Shown here in pieces: positions 9,694 through 18,718 of a stretch of DNA of 64,000 bases. Origin of the DNA: a virus. Taxonomy: Duplodnaviria > Caudoviricetes. Location: positions 2,187 through 66,186 of the IMG/VR virus record IMGVR_UViG_3300028800_000090. The stretch is one strand, 5' to 3'. The position numbers were made by a program, and so were the translations under genes. Position 1 is the first letter of the stretch. The number at the start of each line of letters is the position of its first letter. A model generated the notes under the pieces. That model was given only the letters and a program-made list of their open reading frames with translations, did no database searches and was not told the origin of the DNA.

Positions 9694-12600
9694 TGAGACT
9701 CATCGCCCGCATCCTCGGAACTGCGTTGCTCCTGCTGTACGCGGTGGGCGGGTTTGCGCAGACTGCTGTCGTCCTGCAGCAAGCCCCATCCAGCGGGGAT
9801 GGTGTGTTTGTTGCGACCTTGCCAAGCCACACGGCGGGCGGGATGTCATGCGTTAAGTATTGGGACAACGGCGGCACCCCTCCTCCTGATCCCACAAACA
9901 CCGCGGGCTTTGTATGGACTTCACCGTTGGGATATGCCAATGGGAAGGAGATTTGGTGCGCACCCAAAACCGCCTATGGGTCTGCGGACACGGTGACGGT
10001 TGCATCCAGCGCATACCACGGCCAAATCATCTTCGCCGATTACTCTCTCGTCACAGCCTCGGACGGGAGTGCAACCGACACAGGCAATGGCACGACCCCG
10101 TTGGTCAGCTTTGCGATCAGCGGCAGCAACGACATCGTTATCGCTCTGTGCAGCACAGGCAACGGCGACGGGGTTCCGGGGGCTGGGTACACCGCCTTCA
10201 CAGGGTTTGGGACGGGCTACTTTATAGCAGAGTACGGCACGACCTCAACCGGGCCTGCGGTCGCCACCTGCACCCAGGGCTACGCTAGTTGGAGTATTTA
10301 TGCTCTTGCACTGTCAGCTCCAGGAGGCACACCGACTGCTGCGACTCCAACTTTCTCTCCGGCGGCGGGGACGTATAGTTCTACGCAGTCGGTGGCGATC
10401 TCGACTTCAACCAGTGGGGCGACGATCTGCTACACCTCGGACGGCTCAACACCCACAGCAGATGGGGCAGGCACCTGCACGCATGGAACGACCTACACGA
10501 CGGCTGTATCTGTGGCAACCACCCTGACCCTCAAGGCGATAGCGTCAAAGAGCGGCTATACCGATTCAGGCGTTGCCTCCGCCCTCTACACGATCACTGC
10601 GCCGTCGATTGTAATGACCCCGAACGTGCCTACCTATAACTTCCAAGTCCTGCCGGGTTCGACGCGCCAGATCAGCACGCAGATAGGCAACGGATCGGCT
10701 ACCCCCTGCGGACCGGGCACAACCCCATCCTGCGTGGGAACTGTGGACTGGTCGGTTGTATCGGGAAGCGCGACCTTTACCGACCCAACCCACACCGCAG
10801 TCTCCTCGATCACAGGCGGACTGGCGACGATCCTGGTCAACATCGGCGCCACGACAGGAAGCTGCTCCATCACCGGAAGCGCGATCGGCACTTACGGGGT
10901 TACGTCCACGACGACGGCCACGGTGCGAGCGACTTCCACCGATGATCCCACGCAACACGCTGACTTCCTTTTCAACGTTTGCGCCCAGACCACAACGGTA
11001 ATCGTCGCGCCAGCCTACCAGCAGGCATTCCAAGGGCAGAAGATGACCTTGCAGTCGTGGGTTACTGGAGATACGGACGAAACCGGAACCTGGAGCATCC
11101 TCACCCAGCCCGGAGGCGGGGATGGGGCTTTGGCTGACACCGGCAACCGGGACGCACAATTCTCCGCCACCGTGACGGGACGCTACGTCATCAAGTACAC
11201 GTCGCACTCGGACGCCAGCAAGAATGCAACCGGAATCGTCTATGTCTCGCCCAACCCTCTCCCCAGCTACGCAGTCACCCCACAGGGCACCCAGCCCCGC
11301 GAATGTTACGTCGATCCCGCGCTGACTGGGGGAGATTACGAAGTCGGCCCCGGCCAAGCCTACACGACCATCCAATCGACTCCTGCGGCGAACACTCTGG
11401 CGGCTGGCTCAATCATTCGCATTCATCCCGGCACCTATGCGGAGTATTACCAGATCCACAACTCTGGCACGGCAACTCAGCCAATGATCGTCTGCGGCGT
11501 GGCTGATACGGACGGGACTCTTCCGGTTGTCACAGGAAACAACGCCACCGGGCAGGCGGGAACATCGATCTATGCTGCGGCGGGGTGGGGCGTTCTCTCC
11601 CTCTGGGCAGGTGGTTATGGCAGTGGCACTCCCTATGGGTACTGGCAGGCGGGTTCAGCGGGACCATCCTACGTCTCTATCACTGGCCTGCACGTCATGG
11701 ATGCGACCCCAGCCTTTACTTACACGCAGCCCGGTGGAGTGGCGGCAGGATGCCAAGGCTCTGGGCCGTCCTTGACCACCTGCAACTACATCGTTGGGGC
11801 TTCGGCCATCAACCTGCGTGGCGGGTCGTATATCGACATCGCCGGGGTTGAGATGGACACCGCTACCAACGGCATCTTTACCGCGACGAACACGAACAAC
11901 GGATGGGCTAACGTCACGCAGGAGGTGACAGTAAGTGGCAGCCATATTACGAACTCTGGCTGGGCGACCGACTACACCGAGCACCAAGCTTATCTTCAGA
12001 GCTTCTACATGCTGTTCGAGGGCAATCTGGTAGACAACTACCTCAGCACGGCGGCGGGAAGTGAAATCAAATGGCGCGGACTCGAAGGCATCTTCCGCTA
12101 CAACAATCTTGGCACAGGCCCGCAGCGAGACTTTGATCTCGTTGAAAATCAGGACGGCGGGACGTACATGAATTTCGAGTGGTATCTCAGTAACCCCGGC
12201 CAGACCAACTGCGCTCAATCGCTCTATTGTCTGGGCGACACAGCCGGAGCGAACATCGTTGCTGGCTACCAGGAGTCACAACAGAAAGACTTCGTTTATG
12301 GCAACGCCATCTTCGGAGCCTCCGCCGTCTATCAGATTCATTATGCCGAGGATCACGATTCAGGCATGAGCGACCGCAACGGGACGCTCTACTTCTACTC
12401 GAACACGCTGGACAATGCGCAAGTGGTGTTTGATCAGGGCAGCGGGGGAGGCTACAACCCGATCCTCACCCAGCGATTTGATGCGCGGAATAACATCCTT
12501 TGGCCTTCAGGCACGGTTCCCGGCGTGGCTTTCAACAGGAATGAGATGATCATCCTGAATCCGACCACGAACCTGATGCGGACGAGCAGCTTCTCAATCA

Positions 12601-13256
12601 CTACACCCATCACCGGAGGCAGCTATTCAGGCCACACGGCGAACGGCTGGAACGCGGGATGCGACTACACCTGCTTCTGGCCGCTGACGAACCCGATCAA
12701 TCCGCACCTGTACGGCCTGACGAATGCGAACTATCTCTCGACGGCAACCCAGCCGTACGATGGCACGACGCTGATCCCTCCGGGCGGAAGCGCAGCAATC
12801 GGGGCAGGGACGCCCTTGAGTGGCGTTCTGGCTACAATGCCGGTCCGGTGGCAGTGGAACGTAGCGACGGGCAGCCTGACGCCACGGCTGTACCCTCTGA
12901 CGATTGGGGCGGAGGATCAGGCGGGCAGCACCCCCACGGCAGCCACGCCAACCTTTAGCCCGGTCGCCGGCACCTACACGGGCACACAGAGCGTCACGAC
13001 CTCGACTTCGACCAGCGCGTGCAGTGCGTACCTCTACACCGGAACGACCAACCCGCCGACCGTCAACACGAACACGATCAGCGTTGCGGCCTCCGAGACG
13101 GTCTATTCGTACGTGCACAGCTGCCCAGGGTATCTCGATTCAGCCATAGCTTCGGCTGCCTACACGATTACGGCTCCCAGCAGTCCGCAGCTCACCATAG
13201 GCGGGCATGGGGTGACGATCAATCGCGGGTGCGTCATGACGGTGACGTGCCCATGA
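9693..13256 (+). CDS. Secreted multidomain protein: two Fn3-like (chitobiase C-terminal-type) modules flanking Ig-like and parallel beta-helix (polysaccharide lyase/depolymerase-like) regions
   Basis: GTG start, signal ...YAVGGFA|Q; TAATPTFSPxAGTY twice (~10330, ~12930); DYEVGPGQAYTTIQ...IIRIHPGTYAE, a typical beta-helix N-cap; Asn-rich. Confidence 0.75.
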   Translation: MRLIARILGTALLLLYAVGGFAQTAVVLQQAPSSGDGVFVATLPSHTAGGMSCVKYWDNGGTPPPDPTNTAGFVWTSPLGYANGKEIWCAPKTAYGSADTVTVASSAYHGQIIFADYSLVTASDGSATDTGNGTTPLVSFAISGSNDIVIALCSTGNGDGVPGAGYTAFTGFGTGYFIAEYGTTSTGPAVATCTQGYASWSIYALALSAPGGTPTAATPTFSPAAGTYSSTQSVAISTSTSGATICYTSDGSTPTADGAGTCTHGTTYTTAVSVATTLTLKAIASKSGYTDSGVASALYTITAPSIVMTPNVPTYNFQVLPGSTRQISTQIGNGSATPCGPGTTPSCVGTVDWSVVSGSATFTDPTHTAVSSITGGLATILVNIGATTGSCSITGSAIGTYGVTSTTTATVRATSTDDPTQHADFLFNVCAQTTTVIVAPAYQQAFQGQKMTLQSWVTGDTDETGTWSILTQPGGGDGALADTGNRDAQFSATVTGRYVIKYTSHSDASKNATGIVYVSPNPLPSYAVTPQGTQPRECYVDPALTGGDYEVGPGQAYTTIQSTPAANTLAAGSIIRIHPGTYAEYYQIHNSGTATQPMIVCGVADTDGTLPVVTGNNATGQAGTSIYAAAGWGVLSLWAGGYGSGTPYGYWQAGSAGPSYVSITGLHVMDATPAFTYTQPGGVAAGCQGSGPSLTTCNYIVGASAINLRGGSYIDIAGVEMDTATNGIFTATNTNNGWANVTQEVTVSGSHITNSGWATDYTEHQAYLQSFYMLFEGNLVDNYLSTAAGSEIKWRGLEGIFRYNNLGTGPQRDFDLVENQDGGTYMNFEWYLSNPGQTNCAQSLYCLGDTAGANIVAGYQESQQKDFVYGNAIFGASAVYQIHYAEDHDSGMSDRNGTLYFYSNTLDNAQVVFDQGSGGGYNPILTQRFDARNNILWPSGTVPGVAFNRNEMIILNPTTNLMRTSSFSITTPITGGSYSGHTANGWNAGCDYTCFWPLTNPINPHLYGLTNANYLSTATQPYDGTTLIPPGGSAAIGAGTPLSGVLATMPVRWQWNVATGSLTPRLYPLTIGAEDQAGSTPTAATPTFSPVAGTYTGTQSVTTSTSTSACSAYLYTGTTNPPTVNTNTISVAASETVYSYVHSCPGYLDSAIASAAYTITAPSSPQLTIGGHGVTINRGCVMTVTCP

Positions 13257-13726
13257 ACTTTACAAAAGAACAAACCGAAGCGATGTGCGTCAAGTACGGG
13301 CCCCAGGTCGGACCGCTGCCGGCTGGCGTCGACGGCACTCAACTCTTGTGGGGGATGGTAGGAACCGAATCATCCTTCGGAACCGACTGTACTCCGCGGC
13401 ATGAGCCAGCCTTTGATGTTGGGGGACGGTACGGCAGCAGCCCGGTTATGGTGGCACTTCTGGCGAAGTATGGTCCTGCGGCCGCTTGCTCGTACGGACC
13501 TCTTCAGATCATGCTCTGCAACGCGACGGGAGCATCTCCGCAGGACTTTGATACTCTCGACCAGGCATTTCAATTGACACTACCTTTCCTCAACTCGCGG
13601 CTACGTAGATTCAAGCCGCAGAGTCTTGCGGAGATCGGGGAAATCTGGAACGCAGGCTCTATCCGGCCAGATCCCACTTACGTAGCAAAATTGCAGAGCA
13701 ACTACGTTGTACCAATGGGAGAATAA
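13253..13726 (+). CDS. Endolysin, lysozyme/SLT-like transglycosylase
   Basis: ATG 13253 (ATGA overlap); catalytic 'ESSFG', 'SYGPLQIM', 'WNAG', 'YVAK' motifs. Confidence 0.8.
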   Translation: MNFTKEQTEAMCVKYGPQVGPLPAGVDGTQLLWGMVGTESSFGTDCTPRHEPAFDVGGRYGSSPVMVALLAKYGPAAACSYGPLQIMLCNATGASPQDFDTLDQAFQLTLPFLNSRLRRFKPQSLAEIGEIWNAGSIRPDPTYVAKLQSNYVVPMGE

Positions 13727-13731
13727 GCGAA

Positions 13732-14058
13732 ATGGCGGATTGCGCGGGCTATGATGCACGCTGGCACGAAGACTTGGGGGCACAAGTGGAAAAACACCAC
13801 GAGGCTATCCACGGCAACGGCGACTTAGGACTAAAGACCAGGGTTAGCACAATCGAAACCTACATCGCCGACCGCAAGCACGACCGTATGTGGCTGATGG
13901 GCATTCTGGCGGGGATTCTCGTTCTCCTGGGGCATCAACTCATCAACGACTTCATGGGGCGCTTCCAACTTGTTGCGCCGCAGGTCACGCAGACCTCGAC
14001 CAGCACTGTAACCGATACGACCAGCACGACCAAGACGCAGAAGCCAACAGGGAGGTAG
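13732..14058 (+). CDS. Single-TM membrane protein (holin/lysis-associated)
   Basis: IHGNG-GLKTRV-IE coiled segment, then TM MWLMGILAGILVLLG; follows the endolysin. Confidence 0.6.
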   Translation: MADCAGYDARWHEDLGAQVEKHHEAIHGNGDLGLKTRVSTIETYIADRKHDRMWLMGILAGILVLLGHQLINDFMGRFQLVAPQVTQTSTSTVTDTTSTTKTQKPTGR

Positions 14059-14061
14059 AAG

Positions 14062-14262
14062 ATGAACGACTTGCGTACAGAACTGATCCGTAATCTTGTA
14101 GGCTTCTTCCTCGTTGGCGTCGGCATCACCGTTATCGTCCTCGGTGCGCATTGGCATATGGACGTGCTTATCACCCTCGGAACCGCAACGTTGATCCCCG
14201 CCGCGCTACTCTCATTACAGAGCAAGCACACACCACCATCGGACCCAAACGACCCAAAGTAG
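14062..14262 (+). CDS. Putative holin (2 TM)
   Basis: Two hydrophobic helices, 66 aa, SD GGAGG, lysis context. Confidence 0.6.
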   Translation: MNDLRTELIRNLVGFFLVGVGITVIVLGAHWHMDVLITLGTATLIPAALLSLQSKHTPPSDPNDPK

Positions 14263-14291
14263 CAAGCCCGAAAGGGCAGGAGAGCAACACC

Positions 14292-14693
14292 ATGAACTTC
14301 CTCAAGGCTATCGCCAAGCCGTTCGTCAGCATCTTCCACTTCCTCGCTTCCCCCAAGGGGCAGGCTTTGATCTCCACCGGAGAGGCCATCGTGACCGTCA
14401 TTGATCCTGCACTCGCCCCAATGATCTCCCTCGCAAACTCATGGATGGATAAGGTCTTGACCACTGAGCAGTTGGCTGTGACCGCCGGCCAAGCCACCGG
14501 AACCGGGACACAGAAGGCCGCTCTCGTCATGCAGGCAATGGCGCCGGAGATTGCAAAATACTTCCCGGCCGCAACCGCCGCAGAGATTATGAACGCGAAC
14601 AATGCGATCGTGGCCTTCCTGCAGGCGTTCAGCACGCCCGCGACTCCTGCTGCAACACCAACCCCCGCTCCAGCTCCCGCACCAGCAGGCTAG
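14292..14693 (+). CDS. Amphipathic lysis-region protein (holin-associated)
   Basis: ATG 14292 after AGGAG; 'GTGTQKAALV' resembles the 'G-EK' motif of LL-H-like holins. Confidence 0.5.
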   Translation: MNFLKAIAKPFVSIFHFLASPKGQALISTGEAIVTVIDPALAPMISLANSWMDKVLTTEQLAVTAGQATGTGTQKAALVMQAMAPEIAKYFPAATAAEIMNANNAIVAFLQAFSTPATPAATPTPAPAPAPAG

Positions 14694-14697
14694 ACCG

Positions 14698-15168
14698 ATG
14701 CAGAGCCTAGTCATCCGCTTCATAGATGAGCCAGATTGGGTTAGTCGTGCAATTACCTGGACGACTAACTCTCTCTGGTGTCACACGGAAGCACTCAACC
14801 GTGCCGGCACTGGCTGGACCGGAGCTCATGCAGGACCTGGGGTGGAGACTCGCGCGCTGAACTGGTGCAAGCCATTACGGGAGCGTCGCTACGCCATCCC
14901 TGTATCGGCTAAAGATTACTCGGCGGCGCACGACTTCTTAGAATCACAGTTGGGCATCTATTACGACTACCGCGACATCTTCGGACTACTGATCCACAAG
15001 CGTGTCTGGAGTCCGCAGCGGGTCATATGCTCGCAACTTATGACCGAGTTCATGCAGCACGCGGGACTCCAGCCGCTCAATGTCCTGCCGCAATTCTCGG
15101 CGCTGATTACACCGGAGACCTTGCACCTCTCGCCTATCTTCATCGGGCGGGGCATCTTCCATATTTGA
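14698..15168 (+). CDS. Permuted papain-like (NlpC/P60, YaeF/YiiX-like) enzyme
   Basis: SRAI-W-T-S-WCHTE (His), YDY, ICSQL (Cys) in permuted order, ITPETL. Confidence 0.8.
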   Translation: MQSLVIRFIDEPDWVSRAITWTTNSLWCHTEALNRAGTGWTGAHAGPGVETRALNWCKPLRERRYAIPVSAKDYSAAHDFLESQLGIYYDYRDIFGLLIHKRVWSPQRVICSQLMTEFMQHAGLQPLNVLPQFSALITPETLHLSPIFIGRGIFHI

Positions 15169-15182
15169 TTCGAGGTACAACA

Positions 15183-15737
15183 ATGACCATCCGAAAGATG
15201 ATGTGGTTATGCCTTCTTGCCTGCACGGTTACAGCCTCGGCGCAGTACACGCCAACTGCGTACCTGATGTTCGACGCATCGGGAAACCCATTTCCTGCAG
15301 GCAGTGGGGCGCCGCTAGGCTATATCCCTCCCAGTTTTACCTGCTACACGAACGTGACCGGCAGCGTATTGCCGTGCAACTTCTCAGGAGTGGGCACAAC
15401 TCCTGTTCAAATATCCTCCACTTTTGTAGGCGTGCCTGCTAATTCTCAGGTTCTTCTCTACATCCCCGCAACAGCAACACTAACCATTGCGGCCTCATGT
15501 GCGGGGTCGTACTTTCATGCGCTGGTGGCTGCCACAGGCTCAACTGCGTTTCTAGTAAAAGACCTGACTACCTCTGCCACGCTATGCACTGCGACGTTTG
15601 CCGGAAGCGGAACGGTCGCTACGTGGTCTGGGCCAGGGGGTACAGTTTCTCCGGGTGACGATATTGAGATTGTTGGCCCCGCTTCGGCAGACGCCACGCT
15701 CGCGACTTTGGGAGTAAGTATCTATGCGACTCGCTAA
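15183..15737 (+). CDS. Small signal-peptide-bearing beta-protein
   Basis: MTIRKMMWLCLLACTVTASA|Q; paired cysteines. Confidence 0.7.
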   Translation: MTIRKMMWLCLLACTVTASAQYTPTAYLMFDASGNPFPAGSGAPLGYIPPSFTCYTNVTGSVLPCNFSGVGTTPVQISSTFVGVPANSQVLLYIPATATLTIAASCAGSYFHALVAATGSTAFLVKDLTTSATLCTATFAGSGTVATWSGPGGTVSPGDDIEIVGPASADATLATLGVSIYATR

Positions 15738-18015
15738 ACTCCTGCTCGTGATGCTGTGCCCTACGATGGCGTGGGCGGCGGCATGTCCGACTGGATACAG
15801 CAACCGCGCTGAGTTCGTGGTTCCGTATCAAAGTCTCGCTTCAACGTTGACGAGTTTCCCTGTGTTGCTCGCGTTCAATGGCATCACGACCAGTTTGGAT
15901 GGACTACCGACGACGACATGGTTCAACGTGCCGGGATTGAAAACAAATGTGCTGTCAAGCGGAAACGACATCGTATTCTGTGATGCGGCAACATCAGGAA
16001 ACCTGCTCAACTTCGAGCGGGTGTTCTGGACGAGCACCACCGGGGCGAGCGAGTTCTATGTGAGCCGCACCCTCAGCAACTCTGCGAATACCGCAATCTG
16101 GATGTTCTGGGGCAAGACTTCGGACTCCGACCATTCCTCAGCAGCGGCGGTTTGGAGTGCGGCGAATTACGCCTACGTCAACCATTTCGGCACCAATGGG
16201 TCTCTCTCTGTGGCAGACTCGGCAGGAAACTATACTCCGATAAACCACAGCGGCGTAACTGTCGCGGGCGTCGTTGGGGGTGGAATCAGTTTAGCCACTT
16301 CGCAGTATGTTGATTCCGGAGCGTCAGTCGGGACGCTGGCTGGGAACATCACCGTTGAGTTCTGGTTGAACCCAGAGAATACCTCACAGGCTGCATCCGT
16401 TGTGGATGATCTGGATGGAAGCTTAGTGGGCTATAACACAAACTTTACCAATACTTCTGGCGGTTCTCTCAACCTTTCATATCAGGTCGGAGTGCCGGGA
16501 AACATAAATAACACTAACGCTACAATCCCCTTTGGCCCCCCATGGACCCATGTTTCTGGAACAACTCAAGGCACATCAAATGTTTTGTACTTGAACGGCG
16601 TGTCGGCTGCCACGTTCACACATGCTCTTGCTGCTGGTTCGTCAAATCTAAGTGTGGGGCGTTATACAGGCGGAAATAACTCTTTCTGCACCGCTTGCTA
16701 TGTGGACGAGGTACGCGTATCAAGAACAACAGCCCAGTCCGCTGATTGGGAAAATGCCGTCCACACTACAATTGCCACGCCGAACGGTTTTGCCATCATG
16801 CTCGATGCCTCCACGCCTGCCGGAATGACTTCAGGCGCATACTGCGTTCCCGTTACAGTCGCTCATGCCCAAATCCCAAACACTGATCAGAGCAACTTTC
16901 CCCTCCTGGTGTTTGGCACGTATGGCTGGATGGCGGACACTACCCATAACGGCTTCGCAGTCAACGGAAACGCAGGCCACGATATTCGCTTTTATTCGAA
17001 CAGTGGATGCACCTCATCGCTCGCGTTCCAGCGCGTCTACTGGACGAACACGACAGGCGAGTCGTCGTGGCGAGTTCGTGTTCCGACGCTTTCGCATACA
17101 AGCGACACGACGGTGTACGTGAAAATTGGAAGCTCCGCTGACACTTCCGACCTCTCAACTCTCTGGATGGGGACATATAACTACATCGGCGTATTCAATG
17201 GCGGTTCTCCGGTGAGCCTGAGTTCGTCGGACTCTGGAAGTGGGAATTTAGGTCTAGGCTGCGATGCGCAAGTCCAGTCTATCTATAGCCCAGTCGGGGG
17301 CGGGTTCTACTTCCCAGCCGGGGGCTACTCCTGCGGCTATGCACCTTCGACCACTGGCGAAAACATTGGGCAGTACGGTTATCCGGTAGGCAGCGCAGTC
17401 GGCCATATTCGCATATGGGCCAAAACTATAGCGGCAACGAACAGCGGTGCAGGTGTCAACTTCGTAGGCTATGGCAAGGCTAATAATAACGGTCAGCGCG
17501 GTTTTCAGACCGAGTACAGCGACTCTGCGCAATACACCGGAATGCAGACGCTTACCTTCCCATCGAACCCAGCAGTGACGTTCACACAGTCCACAACCAA
17601 CGTGTCCACTCCATCCTTCTACCTCGACAATAACTGGCACCTGTATGACTTCGACTACCCGACAGCGGCGGGACAACTCAGCACATCGAGCCTCTACATT
17701 GACGGCGTTCTGGCAAGTCCTCCCTACTACTACGCTGGGGCTAACACGACGGTTCTCAACACAGATAACGGAGCCTGCACCGCGACTGGAAGCTGCGGAA
17801 CCGATGTAGCTGAGGTCAGAATCGGCAGGACCGCAGCACACGGTATTGATTACTTTGTTGGCTTGGCCGCGCAGTTTGAGGTCACCAATGTTTCTGAGAG
17901 TTCCGATATGGTCAATGCCCGCTACAACAATGAACGTTTCCCCAACACCTTCTACTCGTTCGGGACTGCATCGCCTTTGTCGTCCGCGCAGCCCATCGTA
18001 ACTGTGATTTTTTGA
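15724..18015 (+). CDS. Secreted DUF2341 + LamG/ConA-like lectin protein (tandem duplication)
   Basis: Signal ...PTMAWA|A; two LTSFPVL...DIVF/DIRF...LxFERVFW repeats; WTHVSGT...LYLNG...VDEVRVS and NNWH...LYIDG LamG motifs. Confidence 0.8.
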   Translation: MRLAKLLLVMLCPTMAWAAACPTGYSNRAEFVVPYQSLASTLTSFPVLLAFNGITTSLDGLPTTTWFNVPGLKTNVLSSGNDIVFCDAATSGNLLNFERVFWTSTTGASEFYVSRTLSNSANTAIWMFWGKTSDSDHSSAAAVWSAANYAYVNHFGTNGSLSVADSAGNYTPINHSGVTVAGVVGGGISLATSQYVDSGASVGTLAGNITVEFWLNPENTSQAASVVDDLDGSLVGYNTNFTNTSGGSLNLSYQVGVPGNINNTNATIPFGPPWTHVSGTTQGTSNVLYLNGVSAATFTHALAAGSSNLSVGRYTGGNNSFCTACYVDEVRVSRTTAQSADWENAVHTTIATPNGFAIMLDASTPAGMTSGAYCVPVTVAHAQIPNTDQSNFPLLVFGTYGWMADTTHNGFAVNGNAGHDIRFYSNSGCTSSLAFQRVYWTNTTGESSWRVRVPTLSHTSDTTVYVKIGSSADTSDLSTLWMGTYNYIGVFNGGSPVSLSSSDSGSGNLGLGCDAQVQSIYSPVGGGFYFPAGGYSCGYAPSTTGENIGQYGYPVGSAVGHIRIWAKTIAATNSGAGVNFVGYGKANNNGQRGFQTEYSDSAQYTGMQTLTFPSNPAVTFTQSTTNVSTPSFYLDNNWHLYDFDYPTAAGQLSTSSLYIDGVLASPPYYYAGANTTVLNTDNGACTATGSCGTDVAEVRIGRTAAHGIDYFVGLAAQFEVTNVSESSDMVNARYNNERFPNTFYSFGTASPLSSAQPIVTVIF

Positions 18016-18072
18016 TATATCTCAACGAACCAAGGCATCCAGTAGCGGAGGAAAGAAAGTAAAGGAGCAATT

Positions 18073-18465
18073 ATGAGCAGACAGGGCGGCGGTAACTTCA
18101 CCAAGACAATCATCGATGTGGGCGCTGCAGGTGCGCCGACCGCCATACTCGCAACCGGCCCGGTGGTTTACTTCGAGATTGAAGAGAGCCAGGAGACGGC
18201 GGCCGGAGCAGCTAACGTTCCGCAGGGGCTGAACTACAAACTACCCAACGATGCCTTTGCGCATAAGATTCCCCTGATCCCCGGGGATGTTGCAGGCATT
18301 GGCGATCGCAAGGCCAGGACCGGAGAGCATGGTGGCGGCTCGATTCTCGGCAATGGAACGAGCTTCATCATCGGACTCGGAGCCACCGCAGCAACGACCA
18401 TCGCCAAGATCGAGTCGCTCACTGCGACCCCAACCAGCGTGATCTTGACGCAGTATTACAGCTAA
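18073..18465 (+). CDS. Hypothetical (likely virion) protein
   Basis: SD AAGGAG; beta-rich 130 aa in the morphogenesis region. Confidence 0.7.
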   Translation: MSRQGGGNFTKTIIDVGAAGAPTAILATGPVVYFEIEESQETAAGAANVPQGLNYKLPNDAFAHKIPLIPGDVAGIGDRKARTGEHGGGSILGNGTSFIIGLGATAATTIAKIESLTATPTSVILTQYYS

Positions 18466-18469
18466 ACGC

Positions 18470-18718
18470 ATGAAATGGCCTTGGATCGTCTCAGGCAACC
18501 GGCACCGCCGGCTGCTCAGGAAGTACCGCGAGTTGAGGAAGGCCAATAAAGCTCTGCTTACCGCGATGGATCCGGTCAATCTGGTCGAGCAGGCTTTGCC
18601 TGACCCAACCTCCGCCGATGCTGAGAAACTGACCGACTACACCGGCAAACTCACCAAAGAAAACCTGAAAGCTATTTTCCGCAGAGAGACGCAGCAGCCG
18701 CGCGTGGGAAGAGGGTAG
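18470..18718 (+). CDS. Hypothetical protein
   Basis: 82-aa ORF abutting the portal start. Confidence 0.6.
   Translation: MKWPWIVSGNRHRRLLRKYRELRKANKALLTAMDPVNLVEQALPDPTSADAEKLTDYTGKLTKENLKAIFRRETQQPRVGRG

Noticed and set aside
2635-18015. Diversity-generating retroelement acting on the fibre genes
   Set aside because: No reverse transcriptase and no TR/VR near-identical repeat pair noticed
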